From positions 248,001 to 312,000 of the forward strand of contig JALMLS010000179.1 in NCBI GenBank assembly GCA_038496445.1: a stretch of 64,000 nucleotides of DNA, given 5' to 3'. The first letter of the stretch is position 1, and every line of letters starts with the position of its first letter. The notes under the pieces were generated by a model, which did no database searches, had not been told where the DNA came from, and worked only from the letters and a program-made list of their open reading frames with translations. The position numbers were made by a program, and so were the translations under genes. Below are positions 1 through 13,083 of the stretch, one piece after another. The stretch is from Trichosphaerium sp. ATCC 40318. Its lineage: Eukaryota > Protista > Tubulinea.

Positions 1-390
1 CTCTGTGCGTAGGGTTAGGTAAGCGTAAAGTAAATGCCAGAAAAGGAAATTTCGATTGTTGTACCTTTAGGAAGCTCGTCGTTCTTCATGCTCTTTCCTT
101 TACTTGGTGCCTTGTAAAGACAGAGGTAGTTATAGTGTAAAACGGCCAATCGCAATTCTAATTTGTTTTTCTTCTTTCCCACGCGTACCATACCTTGGTA
201 TTGTTGCGAATAGCTTGTTCGCTCGTACGGGTATTGATTCTACCATAAATACCCTTAGCAGTTGTATACTGTATTGTACTAGTACCTTGGGCGCTGTACC
301 ATGCTTGAAGTTACCTTTAGAGCTTCGCGATACATCATCGTCTTCAAACACGGACTTTGACCTAAAAGCGCCCTTGTTATTGCTAGACAT
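1..390 (-). CDS. Hypothetical spliced protein, 3' end runs off the window
   Basis: ATG at 390 (MSSNNKG...). Removing a 32-nt GT-AG intron (254-285) and a second GT..AAG intron gives an open frame (..HGTAPK/GIYGRINTR../APSKGK..). No family recognised. Confidence 0.4.
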
Positions 391-619
391 GTTGTTGAAC
401 CTTTCGAGACGGCTGTTGTACGGGTCAAAAATGTGTCAACACTTAAAAAAAATACCACAAGTTCCTTCAAGGACCTTTCACGTAATGAACTAATATTGTT
501 GGATTAAAATCCGTCTTTGTAGTTTATTTAGTGGAGTATTTTCATATTCGCTCTGTCTTTGGTTGATTCTGGTGATCCATTAATGTCGCTTTGTTCTTGC
601 CTTGGTCTCAGTGTTAGTT

Positions 620-2191
620 CTACGTCAGTTGTAGTGTTGATAATGCTGATGTTGTCTCTTGTAGTGAATTGATTATATCGTCAGGTTGTTCTTGCGTTGG
701 TTTCGGTGTCATGGTCTCCTTTTCTTCAGCTGTAGTGTCAACAGTGCCGAGAGTTGGCAAATCCAGTTTTTTCTTCTCTTTTGCCTTTACCATATATTCT
801 GGTTCTAGTACGTAAACACCTGTCTTGCTAGCCATGTATAGTTTCTTATTCAGGTATATCATGTGCTTCAAAGTCCATGATAATGCATTAACATTAAAAG
901 AAAGCTCTTCACATAAACGTATTTGGAGTTTAACCAATTCATGTGTTTTCGTGTGAAACTTATAAATGCCAGTGTCCATTGTTGATGTTTCACCATCGTA
1001 CCAAGTGTTATTACGCTTGTATATCAAGTATATATTTCCACTTGTATCAGAGCACATAAGGGATATATTTCGGAGCTGAAAGTATGGAATTTCGATGTCG
1101 ACGATTGCAATCGTTTTTTTAACACGTGAATAAACATAAAATCTGCTACCATCTTCAGTCATTTGTTGACGCAGGACACGATCGATATGTAATAAATAAA
1201 TATCATCTGTCGTTTTATCAATGGCGATGAAAGATATATCTGGAGCTGCAGGCATTTCAGTCAAAATCTCAACTTTGCCTTTGTCATTTATACATCCAAG
1301 AACTGACTGAGATGCCTTCTCTCCTACAAAAATGATACTCCTTCCGTTACTATCTAATCTTGCTAAGGAAATAGATAGCTCTCCATGTTCTTCATCCACT
1401 ATTCTCAAAGGGGAGAACAAACCGAAATCAAATATCTTTCCCATCATACTTTCTTTACCACCAATGATGGGCACGAAATGTGAGCCAGGGACAAAGGTAC
1501 GAAGAATATTACACTTTTCTAGCACGTCCTTATTAAATGCAAACAGTGTACCCTTTTTGTGTTGATAAAATGGAACCTCAGTCGTCACTATCACGTGGTT
1601 AATAATAACCCGGATTTTTATTTTGAAAAGCTTTAAAACGTACTTAGGGCATTAGCTGCATCTACTGGTAGATACTTGGCCAATTCTTTCTTACATACTT
1701 GACAAGTAAGTTCCTTGGTCTCGTATTTGAATAGAGCGTGATAGCTCCTGTCCACGATACATAACTATTTTTGGTGTTAGCGATTTATTTCTTGTAAATA
1801 TAAAAATTCTTAGTAAACGCGCACGTTTCCATCGTTATCTCCTCCTAGCCCGCTGATTGTGCGGAAAGATGTATTGGCGTGTTCAATTTGAGTTTTGTCA
1901 CTACATTTATTTCTTACTACCTTTGTTTTACGTTCGCCTACTAGCGCTCTACACATTGAGTAGTTCTTTGGTTCTTTAAGTAGATTTGAGAATTTGATTG
2001 CTGATAAGGTATAATACGACAATGAATCCTACAATTGCTTAGTAGTTGTTATTTAAACGCGTACGCACTCTTCCTTTTCTAGATTGGTCTACTTGGTAAC
2101 AAAACAAGCGACAAACACGCTTACAAGCCACCACATCAGCTACACGAAGCTCGTAAAACACTAAATCAAGAATTTCGGTGGGGAGCTGCAT
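620..2191 (-). CDS. F-box protein with a probable beta-rich/propeller C-terminus (multi-exon)
   Basis: MQLPTEILDLVFYELRVADVVACKRVCRLF is an F-box. Exons link through GTACG..AG introns to the 620-1594 ORF, which has no ATG of its own at the 5' end. Confidence 0.6.
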
Positions 2192-2651
2192 TTTGGACGT
2201 TGTAACAAGCGAAATGTTCAAAGCTGTTCAATGAATTGGAAACGACTAGTCATTTTTCGAAGCTTCTAGAAGAACCAACATATTGATTTAATCATCGCTA
2301 CGATAACATCTTCGCATTGAATGACCGCGATACAATTGCACAATGTCACATGTCAAATGACAGCTTTACTTGAGTGTTCATTTGCCATTCGTATTGAAAT
2401 TGTAAAGAAGGAAAGCAAGAACACATACGCTCCTCCTTTCGTTGTTGGCTCGCTTAATGTTTATTAAGAACAAGTTTTGCTACCAGGAAAGCTATTTTCT
2501 CTTGGGTGTCGTTCCGTGTAATCACGTGTACCATGAAGTTTAAACAAGAGCTGTAGTATGTAAAACGTTCAACTAAATAGAAGCGGAGCATTGTCAAGTT
2601 TGGTAAAGATAGTGTTTTTTTTTCTTTTGCTTTATTCTGGTCATCTTTACA

Positions 2652-4039
2652 ATGTTGCAAGCCTTGCGCGCTCAGGTAGAAGTCGCGAGCATTATGGTAA
2701 ATGATTGGCTTGAAAAAACTGTACTAACACTATAGCTATAGGCTCTAAACGCCTGTTGCTCGATAGGCATCATTTTTATGAACAAAATTATCTTTTCAAA
2801 ATACCACTTCAACTATGGTGTCGCACTTACGTGTTTTCACTTCTTTTGTACTGCGTTGGGCCTGTATATCTGTTCTAAAGTAAATCTGTTTGTCGTGAAG
2901 AAGGTACGTTAAACATTGCTCAAAACTGCGTAAAAATAACATCATACGCGGTTTAGGTGCCTTGGGAGCAAATATTAATGCTGTCAGCTTCTTTTTCCGG
3001 GTTTGTAGTATTAACAAACCTCTCACTAGTATATAACTCTGTATGCGCCTGTACAACCAATTCGTATTGACATGATTGCTTTAGGTTGGATTTTATCAGC
3101 TAATGAAGGTTTTAACAACGCCTACAGTGATAGCAATACAGGTACGAGACGTTTCAAGATTATCGAGATTAAACACGTTGCCAAATATTTATTTCTCGCC
3201 GATTCACGTGTTCTAGCTTCTGGCTTATAGAAAAACATATCAACCTATCGCACTGGTATCTTTATGCGTAGTTCTAGTCGGTGTAGCACTTGGAACTGTC
3301 ACAGACGTTGATGTTAGTTCAAAAAAAAAAATTCTTTGAAGAGTTCTTACCTTACCTTATTAATTCTTTTAAGGCTAATATTCTTGGCACTGTTCTTGCA
3401 ATATCAGGTGTTATTGTTACATCATGTTATCAAATATGGACTGGAACAAAACAGAAAGAATTAGACTGTAGTGCTTTCCAGCTATTGTACTGGCAGGTGC
3501 GTGAAACTCAACGAGTTCGAAGACACCTCTTTTTTTTCTTCTCTTTTTTTGATCAAACAATTAATTGGTTCCTTCAGGCGCCAGCTTCCTTTGTCTTATT
3601 ACTTGGAGTAGCACCTATAATTGATTCGGTACCTCAGATAATGGCTTTTCAATATGACACGACTCTGATATGCGCTATAATCGCAACAGGGTTTCTTGCA
3701 TTAGCTTTTAATTTATCTATTTTTTTGATTATTGGAAAGACTTCTCCTGTTACTTATAACGTTCTTGGTCATTTCAAAACATGTTGTGTACTTATTGGAC
3801 ATTTTACAATATTTGGACATCCATTATTACCACAACAAGTAATTGGAATCGGCTTGACACTATTGGGTATATTTTGGTATAGTTATATAAAGTTGAACGC
3901 AGCTACACCTCCAGAGGTTAAAGCCAGCGATATAGAACAAGTTGGTGAAGATAAAGAGACACTAGTTGGTAAAAAAGAAGTGGAACAAGTGCCTTCTTCT
4001 CCTCATGATACTAAAGAATCTGATGGCAGCGCGGTATAG
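2652..4039 (+). CDS. Nucleotide-sugar/triose-phosphate transporter family (UXT/SLC35E-like)
   Basis: Spliced MLQALRAQVEVASIMALNACCSIGIIFMNKIIF; QLLYWQAP; IIGKTSPVTYNVLGHFKT motif; several transmembrane segments. Confidence 0.85.
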
Positions 4040-4445
4040 CAAGCAACAAAAATCAAATAATGTGTTTTATTCTAACATTTTCTTTTTTTCTAGTAATGAG
4101 GCAAAACACACTGAATGAATGATAGCCTTGTAAAAATATAAAACGTATTGTTCTTTAGTAAGGAAAAGTATCATTTGTTCATTACTTATACATAATTTCT
4201 GACAAACACTGATTCGTTCATGACGTAAAAATGTCTTACATTTTTCTTGAATGAGTAGTACAATTTTCTTCCTATGTGAATTGAAACCGTTAAGGTATTA
4301 CAATAACACGTTATAAATACATCCATAAACATACTCTGAAGTGGTGAAGTCATATATTGTTTGAAACAACGAGATCGTTGGGTGTGAATTGAGAAGGAAA
4401 AAAAAAACCGCAATAATTGCTAACGGTGAAAAAAGCGTTTATTTA

Positions 4446-4865
4446 TTAGATTGGGTACGTAATAAAAAGCGCTAGGGTAGCTCCTACGCATTTACTTGGG
4501 CATACTAATGCATTTACTGCAACACAGCCTACATTAACACCGTTGTATGTTCCTTGAGCTGAACAAGCGTAAGGAGGAAAGCTTGGGTATTCAAAAGACT
4601 CCCCGATGTTGCACAAGCCTGATTTCGCTTTGGATAGAGTGTATGTTCCTTTATTAAATAGTGTGCCGTCGTCTTCGTAGTTTACGAAGGTACCATTGAG
4701 ATAGTAGTGAGAAAAACCTGTAACACTAGACTGAGCAACACGGTATGCCGTGAAGTTCATTTTAGCGCTGTAGTTGCAGTACTTATAAAGTTCTGGAGAA
4801 ACAGGCTTTGAATACGCCCATGTGGCTAATAATACGACTGCAAATATGAAGTAGATGAGTTGCAT
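4446..4865 (-). CDS. Small secreted Cys-containing hypothetical protein
   Basis: Intronless 139-aa ORF with a clear signal peptide (MQLIYFIFAVVLLATWAYS). Confidence 0.6.
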   Translation of the reverse strand: MQLIYFIFAVVLLATWAYSKPVSPELYKYCNYSAKMNFTAYRVAQSSVTGFSHYYLNGTFVNYEDDGTLFNKGTYTLSKAKSGLCNIGESFEYPSFPPYACSAQGTYNGVNVGCVAVNALVCPSKCVGATLALFITYPI

Positions 4866-5379
4866 TGTACGTAGGAAAATGATACCTTAATTGAGCAGTA
4901 TCGAGCGCCTTTTTAGCCAGAACAGCTTCCATTTACAGAATTTTTAAAAACAACATGAGTTTCTGCTACCAACAAATTACCTGACAAGTAGTGAGTTCGA
5001 ACCTTAGTTCCAACAACAATGCTGAAATACCACAAAGTGAGGGTAAATTATAAGAGGCTTAATGGCTCACTATGAACCTGTAGATTCAAATATTCGAAAT
5101 TGGTACTATGTTTAGGAGCACGTGTTACGAAAAGTGATTTTTACGTCGTGTTTAATGACAAGAATAAGCTGGGATTGCAATCACAAACGATATCTCAGCA
5201 TGGCTAATGCTTGACATATTAGAATATCGCCCTTAAACAAGAGCAAGATAAGTTTATGAACCATATTTCGAAACTTCCCTTTGCCAAATGTCGGCGATTA
5301 AGTGAGACACCTGTTTCACTGACACTTCGTTAAAAAACCCTTCCAATATTTCCTACAAGTGATAGCCAAGAGGCAGCCA

Positions 5380-6787
5380 ATGGACGAAGGTTAGTACACC
5401 AAAATGTAAAAACTGTTAGTTTAAAGTGCCTTTTTGGCTTTTACCGATATTTTGCGCTAACTAGTTGTGCAGTTACCGCTCTCGTGATAGACAACGGATC
5501 TAGTTCGTGTAAAGTTGGGTTTGCAGGAGAGGATGCTCCAGAGGCTATATTTCCATCATGTATTGGCCGCCCACGGCGTACAGATGATATTGTCGACACA
5601 AAACAGAAAGGTATAGTGCCAACGCAATATTCAGAAAAATTGTTTAAGTTTGACCTGACTTACTGCTCTACCAGTGATTTCTTATGTTGGCAATGAGGCT
5701 CAATCTAAGCGTGAAGTACTTACTTTAGAAAACCCCATTGAACGTGGCATAATCACCAACTGGGAGGCAATGGAGAAAATATGGCATCACGCCTTCTACA
5801 ATGAACTAACTGTTGCCCCAGAAGATCATCCAGTTCTCCTTACTGAAGCTCCAAAGAACCCAAAATCTAACAAGTAAGCCTAACTCAGTACCTTCCAAAA
5901 ACTCTAAATTTTGTTTTTATGTAATTTTGATGGGTGGTAAAACACCTTTGCTTAGCTATTATTGCTTAGAGAAAAGACCACACAGATAATGTTTGAGACT
6001 TTTGAAACACCAGCAATGTATATAGGTGTACAGGCAGTTTTATCTATGTACTGTAGTGGAAGAACAACAGGTACAACATCTGTGTGCTATCATTAGTAAA
6101 GTTTTCCAAGGTGTTGTAATCGATTCCGGTTATGGAGTTACACACACTGTACCGATCTATGAAGGTTATGCCCTACCTCATTCTACTCAAAGTGTGGATA
6201 TAGCCGGGAAGGAACTTACAGAATACCTCATGAAGATACTCTCAGAACGTGGTTATTCGAAAACTGCATCTGATAAAGATATTGTTAGCGACATCAAAGA
6301 AAAACTATGCTTTGTTGCTCTTGACTTTGAAGAAGAAATGCAAAAGGCTGCTACAACTGCTTTCGGTGAGCGATCATACAAACTACCTAACGGTGAGGTT
6401 ATCATCTTAGGCAACGAGCTTTTCAGATGTACCGAGGCTCTGTTTCGGCCATCTTTTCTTGCCAGAGAATCTGTAGGAATACATGAAACTTTGTACAACT
6501 CACTGATGAAGGGTGATGTTGATATCCGTCAGGATTTGTATGAAAACATCATACTCTCTGGTGGCTCCACAATGTTTCCTGGGATTGCAGATCGTATACA
6601 GAAAGAGTTGACTGCACTTGCTCCTCCATCACTGAAGGTAAAGATAATAGCTCCACCTGAGAGAAAATATGCTGTTTGGCTTGGTGGTTCCATTCTTGCT
6701 TCGCTTTCTACTTTTCAACAAATGTGGATTGCAAAAGAAGAATACGATGAATATGGTCCATCCATTGTCCACAAAAAATGCTTTTAA
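5380..6787 (+). CDS. ACT: Actin, divergent paralog (4 introns)
   Basis: [71 protein letters not shown]-terminal IVHKKCF. Confidence 0.95.
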
Positions 6788-7395
6788 CTATCTACTGTAA
6801 GAAAGCAACAAAAACCGTTGTACAAAATAAAAATTGGATTCTGATCAACAAATGTTCTCATAACTACTAAACATCTTGGTGTGGTTTTGTCCGTAATAGC
6901 AGACGTTTAAAAGGTTTAGGACTATATTCTCCTACAGTATGCAGCTCTATACCAACATAACAAATCCGGACGTTTTAATTCTTGTTATATTCCGTTGCTT
7001 CAATAAAAAACAGAGTTTCTGTAGACGTTGGTATTAGATTAGCAGTTGCAACAAGTAAAGCTAACCCTGTGCGAAACTGGGACAAGTTCGCGGAAGAGAA
7101 GAGTAGGTTTAGGTTCAGCAGGGTAATTCTCCTCCACGTAAATGGTACACTACTTTTTTTGAGCTGAGCATTTGCAGTTGTCAGTATCCACGTATCACTT
7201 CTAAAACTCCACAGAATTCATATGGCCACATGATAGACTGTTGATTGCTTTAGAGTTAAAGATACCAGTCTGTCCAAACTAGTCACGGATTCTTGGTGTA
7301 ACAACTAAAAGCAATTCATAAATTTTGAAATTCAGTTTGCTTTGAATTAAGCCAAGCTGTCAAGCAACTTCACAATTTAACGAATTACCTCGAGA

Positions 7396-8188
7396 ATGGG
7401 CACTACACAGGTGAAGGAGCTTGATGACCCAGCTATTAGACAAGAACCTCCGCTAGATGAAATTCTACCTGGCTTGTACCTTGGTACGTGTTTTCACGCG
7501 ATATTATAACTCCTGCGTAGCCCAGAATTGTTAACGTAATTTTTCAAGTAATTTGGACTAAAAAGTTATAAAAATACCATCTGACGCTTTTATATAGGCG
7601 ATATGTGGAAAGCAAAGTACTCTGCTGGTATTTTATTAAAATCAGGTGTCACACATGTCTTGCCTGTTGGCGAGAGCATGCCTAGACCATTCCCAGAGGA
7701 TTTTAAATACTATCCGAAGCGTATAGAGATTGATGACTCTGAAGTAGAAGATTTACTGAGTCACTTTGATGAATGCATCGAATGGATAGATGAGGCTCTA
7801 AAGGACGGTAAAATATACGTACACTGTGCCGCAGGTAAGAAAAAAGTGAACATCAAGCAAAACCGAACTTTCCGAAGTGTTTTTTTTTCCTTTTGGCCTT
7901 CGGTCTCTTCTCATGTTACTTCTAGGTATCTCAAGATCTGCTACTGTCGTTAGTGCGTATGTAATGAAGAAACAAAGCATATCGGCAGCAAAAGCAGAAG
8001 AACACGTGCGATCCAGGCGGGAGCAAATTATGCCGAACAAAGGTTTCAAAAAGCAGTTATTGCTTTATGAAGAGTGGGGATATAAAGTTGATAAGACGTC
8101 AGAAGAATATAAAGAGTATAAAGCTATAAAGGATGAAGAGAAAAAAAACGAAGTAAAGGTAAATTATGGCGTATTATTTGATAGCTAA
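7396..8188 (+). CDS. Atypical dual-specificity protein phosphatase
   Basis: EILPGLYLG; spliced catalytic loop VHCAAG/ISRSATVV; PNKGFKKQL. Confidence 0.9.
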
Positions 8189-8635
8189 ACTGTAATTGTA
8201 AAACCTGTTCCCATAAAAAAAAAAATACATGACACAGATTGTACTCTTATAATTATAGCCTTGATCTATTGATTTACATTTTTAAAGACAGTATAATAAA
8301 CAGTTTCCCTACTTCGTACCCTCACACTATTGGAAGATCTAGGATATGTGTACACGATTCTTTAAACATCACATTATCTGATCTAGCAAGATCTGACACT
8401 TCTACCAAATGGTGTAGATCTATTGCAATGAGGGTGTAATTTGTGCCATTTGGTCTGGTGTCACCACAAAAGCGAATCCCAAGAAAATCTTTTTCAAATA
8501 CTAATTTTGCAATCTATCCGTTTGTAACATCGCGAACATCGCTAATCTGGCGTACACAATAATCACATTTCTCAATCCTATCCTGTAAATATGGGATAAA
8601 CCAGTTACCACAAACAAGATACTCTGTGGTAACAA

Positions 8636-9696
8636 ATGGTGGCACGTGTTATTTGTATCTGTTTTGCGTTTATTTCCTTGTCACTTGCTGCTCTTTGCGA
8701 CGATATTACAGCTCCAGATGGAACAAAATACGATTTAACCGCAATAGAGGGTAAAACTGTAGTGGGTTTAGGCACCGAACCATGTGCCAATTGCGTAGTA
8801 CGCGAGAATTAGATAAATTTGTTTTTCGTTAAATTATTAAATTATGGTTTCGTAGGAAGAAAAATACCAGTACACGTTGAGCATTTGCTCACCTAATGTC
8901 GATGTTTGCTCACCTGCAGTTGAGCAATGTAGTGCATGTCAGCGATGGGAAGACTATACACACCCTTATGCTGCGGTAAATGATCCACAAAAAAAATTCG
9001 GCTTGTTTTAAATGAGTGTTGTTTAGGCTTGCGTTGGCGATTTCCAGGGCATGTCTGTTGTTGGCTTGAATGATGGCAAAGGTGTTCTTTTAAAAATGAA
9101 TGGAGAAATTGGTAGAACCAGCAATCGTATGTATATAATTTCGCTGTTTATTTAGCAAGGATTTGTTTGCTAATTTGTTCATTTGAAAAAAGTGACAATA
9201 ACATGTGACAAAAAAGCTGGAGGTACTGCGCTCAATGTTACGGTGAGTTAATAGAGATTTTGTAGGTTTCTCTTCGTTTGTAATTGATGAAGAAGCTATA
9301 GAATACCCAATGACGGCAAGGTCGGAATACGCGTGCCCTGTGAGCGGCGCAAGTACGAAAATTCTTCTAACTTTAATTACACACGTGATTTTGTTTGTAG
9401 ATTCGAAGTATATGTTGACATCTGGAATTATTCTTACTGGTGATGTTGAACGTACAGTAACCGTTAACAGCCTTGAGGAAGCTATTGATGTTGCCTCCTC
9501 TATGAAGGCTGCAGGGTTTTATTACTTTATGAAAGGTGATCCAAACGCTGGTGAGATGCACTATTTTACTTCTGTTACTGGAGTCATTGAAAACACAAGT
9601 GGTAATTCTATTTCTGGTATTGTAATCAAAAGCGATGAAGTAGAACCTAAGGTATTGGATCTTGTTCGCAAATATGGCAAAAAACTGTCAGAATAA
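8636..9696 (+). CDS. Secreted MRH (mannose-6-phosphate receptor homology) domain protein
   Basis: Signal peptide, then GTKYDL, YQYTLSIC, ACQRW, GKGVLL, ITCD and SEYACP motifs across about 6 exons, then an unknown C-terminal domain. Confidence 0.7.
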
Positions 9697-9770
9697 ATAA
9701 AGATCAACTCGTTCAGTTTTTGAAGGTGTTTTGGCATCTCAACCAATTGAAAGCGGCAGTTGCTATTATT

Positions 9771-11959
9771 ATGGCATTTTTTAAACTCGCTTTGTGGTGT
9801 ACATTTCCACCAAATTGATGTGAAAGATCGATAACTAATGCTATTCTATTTTAGCATTAGGCCTACTTTTTAAAACGCACTCTCAATTTGTAGCACACAC
9901 GTGCCTTTCTGCTCTTACCCTCATGTAAAGTACTCCATAAAGGTACACTAATGGAAATTTGCAGAGTTGCACGGGAGCTACCTATGCTCACACACCATCC
10001 CGAAAAATCACTCAAAACTGCTATTTCGGTCAAATCCGTAACATAACTTAAAAAGTTAAGGTCGCAGTCACTCAGTTCGAGTACTATGGCCCAGAGTGAC
10101 GTTGACACAGGCAAATTATCGCATGAAGAAGTTTGGAACGGTGTAAATAGCCTCTTTAACGTATTTTACCTTTTTTTGACTTCAAACTAGTACGCAAAGC
10201 CTGTACGAACTGTTCTAGGTGCTGTGACGTTCTTACAACTTGCAACAAAATGGATTGGTGGTAATTACATCCCTAACAGCTTTTTACGTACCGTTGCGCT
10301 CTTTTTTTCAATATTCGTCCACCTCTTGATGTATTGGACCGTTGAGCCTGCTGTAAGTCTTTATTTTTTGATCGGAGACACCTGTTCCCTCGCACATAGC
10401 CTAAACCTCTAAAATTGGTTATTTTTTTATCATTTTATCACGTGGTTAGGAAGGTTTCGGACATTAAAATAAACCGGTTTTTGAATTTTGGCTAGCAGCT
10501 TGGAAATTTTTTTTTGAGAGAGTTTTTATGCTCAGCTTGGTTGTATATCTTTTAATACCTTTGTAGCGTCATAAATATGCCTCAGGATTAGACACAACGG
10601 AAAAAGTTAGGAATTATGTCAATTTTGTTGATTGTTTTCCAATGTTTGAATATATGCGTCAACAAGGCTTGAAGAAGTATCCTACAAGTGTTACAAAATT
10701 ACATGTTATAAATCCACTTGACAACTATAAAGTACCAGTACGTAATTGTTCTTAGTATAGAAGTTTTCGGAGAAGCTAATTAACTAAATGGCAGGTTCAT
10801 ATTTTCTATAAAAACAAGCCAACATTAGACGGACCTGGATGTATTTTATTCATACACGGAGGCGGAATGATTACTGGTTCAATAAAGAGTACGAAGAAGT
10901 GTAAGTATAAACAAGTTTAAGTAGCATGTAGTGTACGAAGAATTTATTCGACAAACTGCCACGCATACAAATCTACCAGTTGTAGCGGTAGATTATAGAT
11001 TAGCACCGGAGACGCCCTTCCCGGGAGGTACTGTATTATCTAAATCACGAATTATTGACTGTGAAAAGGCGTAGAAGACAGTTATGAGGTGTACAAGTGG
11101 TTACTTCAACATGGCGCTGAACACAGTTCGTGTTTTTGAAACACCAAAAAAACTGAAGGATTTTACTAGGCATATCTACAAAGAAAATTGTGTTGATGGG
11201 TGACAGCGCTGGTGGATATATCATAGGATCAACTACAGTGCGCGTGCGTCACTAAACGAACAAAGATAAAAGTGAGAAAGTAACGTTGTTTGAAGGCAAT
11301 AATGGACGGTATACGTATTCCAGATGCCTGCTTTTTTTTGTACACATGGTCATGCAAGTTTGGGAACAATAATTCCCATAAACGATTTGCAAATGATAAA
11401 ATTATACCAAGCGCAATGATGACTCATTTCGCACGTGTAGTATCAGAGGGACTAGAACAGGTATGCTTTTACTTAGCCAAAAAAAACTGTTGAAAAAACT
11501 TAACGAAAGAAAAACTGCAGACACAAAGAGATGGATATTCGGTTCATGATGCTCCAGACAGTGTTATCAAAAAGTTCCCTAGATGTAAATTCTATGTACG
11601 TGTTATGTTGTATGACAGTATTTGTGAAAACAAAAGCAGCTTGTTTGTAATTTTTAGATATTGTTATGAAAATATCGTTCTTGTCTTTTCCACTTATAGT
11701 GTATTAGGTCGGAGATAGAGATCCTTTGTTAGACGATACTATGCAATTACATCTAAAGTTTCAAAAGGCTAATGTTGATACTACTTTATTAATATCGCCT
11801 GGTACTATTATTTTTTCTCTTAATTTTTTTAATTTTTTGACTGTTTATTTTTTTACAGGGTATTGCCATGGATATCTCATGATTCCTATTGAAAGTGATG
11901 TAATGAAGAAAGCAAAAAAGCATATTAAACTAAGCATCAGTGATGTAATGTCATCCTAA
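9771..11959 (+). CDS. HSL-family alpha/beta hydrolase (esterase/lipase) with hydrophobic N-terminus
   Basis: IHGGG, VDYRLAPETPFP, GDSAGG, DPLLDD and HG motifs in spliced exons. The 5' exons are uncertain. Confidence 0.85.
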
Positions 11960-12106
11960 GTACAAAAACTTGACAAAAATTAAACTCATGTGTTTACAAA
12001 AAATAACAAAAAAAAAAGACATCATTTGGCTGTTTTGGTAAAAAGCAGGAATAACATCAAGCATAACACGTGCTTTATCAAAAAAATATAAGCTTTACTT
12101 TTTTAT

Positions 12107-12823
12107 TTAATACAACGCATTTCCAGAATAAGAAGCGTTGTGGTAATGACAAACAATATAAATATTATCTTGTGCAAGCTGAAGAATATGATAGTAATCA
12201 TCCACATCATAAGAGCCATCTGTTTCTCTAAACCCAAAGTGTATACAAACAACGTTATCAGCGATTAAAGGCTCATTCAATAGAGTATCATATAGAGAAG
12301 CATCAGGAGCACCAAATTTCTTGAATTGATTTGCACGTGACTTACATTTTTCAGAGAAAGTTGATACGATTGTGGAACCTTCAGAAGGTTCTACGATTCT
12401 CCAACGTTTCTCATAATATACATTATAAGAAGGCCTCTTATCTGACACGACTATAGAGAATTTAAAGTAGAGGTGGTTTTGTGCTCTTCTGTTTGAGTCA
12501 TGTTCGTCCCATCTTCCGCATATCGGCTGTAGTTTTGCTCTGACGCTTCTGATATACTCTGATTCCACGATTACAGGTTCAATAGGCTTAGTTGGTGCCT
12601 TTACTGGCTTGTTTTTCCCTTTTTCTAGTCCGCACTTTCTACACGTCGTCCTTCGTGCCCAATTAGTTGTATGGCATCCGTTGCACCTCCAGTCTTGCTG
12701 TTTTACGTCGGGAAGCGACTTTGAATCAGCCTTCGGTGCTGCACATCTCTTACATGATGTTCTGAATGCGAAATTATGGTTGTTACATGCTGCGCAATAC
12801 CAGTCACCCTTTTTGAAGCTCAT
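12107..12823 (-). CDS. Protein with two RanBP2-type zinc fingers and an unknown C-terminal domain
   Basis: GDWYCAACNNHNFAFRTSCKRC and DWRCNGCHTTNWARRTTCRKC; intronless. Confidence 0.85.
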   Translation of the reverse strand: MSFKKGDWYCAACNNHNFAFRTSCKRCAAPKADSKSLPDVKQQDWRCNGCHTTNWARRTTCRKCGLEKGKNKPVKAPTKPIEPVIVESEYIRSVRAKLQPICGRWDEHDSNRRAQNHLYFKFSIVVSDKRPSYNVYYEKRWRIVEPSEGSTIVSTFSEKCKSRANQFKKFGAPDASLYDTLLNEPLIADNVVCIHFGFRETDGSYDVDDYYHILQLAQDNIYIVCHYHNASYSGNALY

Positions 12824-13083
12824 GTTTGTTTGATCTGTTTTAGAAATAATAATAAAACTTAGTTAGGAAAGTAAGTCAACTTAAGAGTGTTAAATCTCGA
12901 GAAAATTGTTTGCTGAAGTGGCCTTGAGTTCTTGTTCTGCGAAATTACGCTGCTATTTTCCTTTGTGTAGCACTATTCTACTATTAGTTTTATAGCTATT
13001 TTGTATTGAGTGTAATCAAGCACGTGTCAAAAACAATACTCAAAAAAAAAAGAAAGAGTTTCCAACTACGAATCAAGGGTCAT

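Noticed and set aside
10-20. TAGGGTTAGG, telomere-like
   Set aside because: Fewer than two repeats; consistent with chance.
4993-5010. GAGTTCGAACC, tRNA T-loop/B-box-like
   Set aside because: No acceptor stem, D arm or anticodon arm around it.
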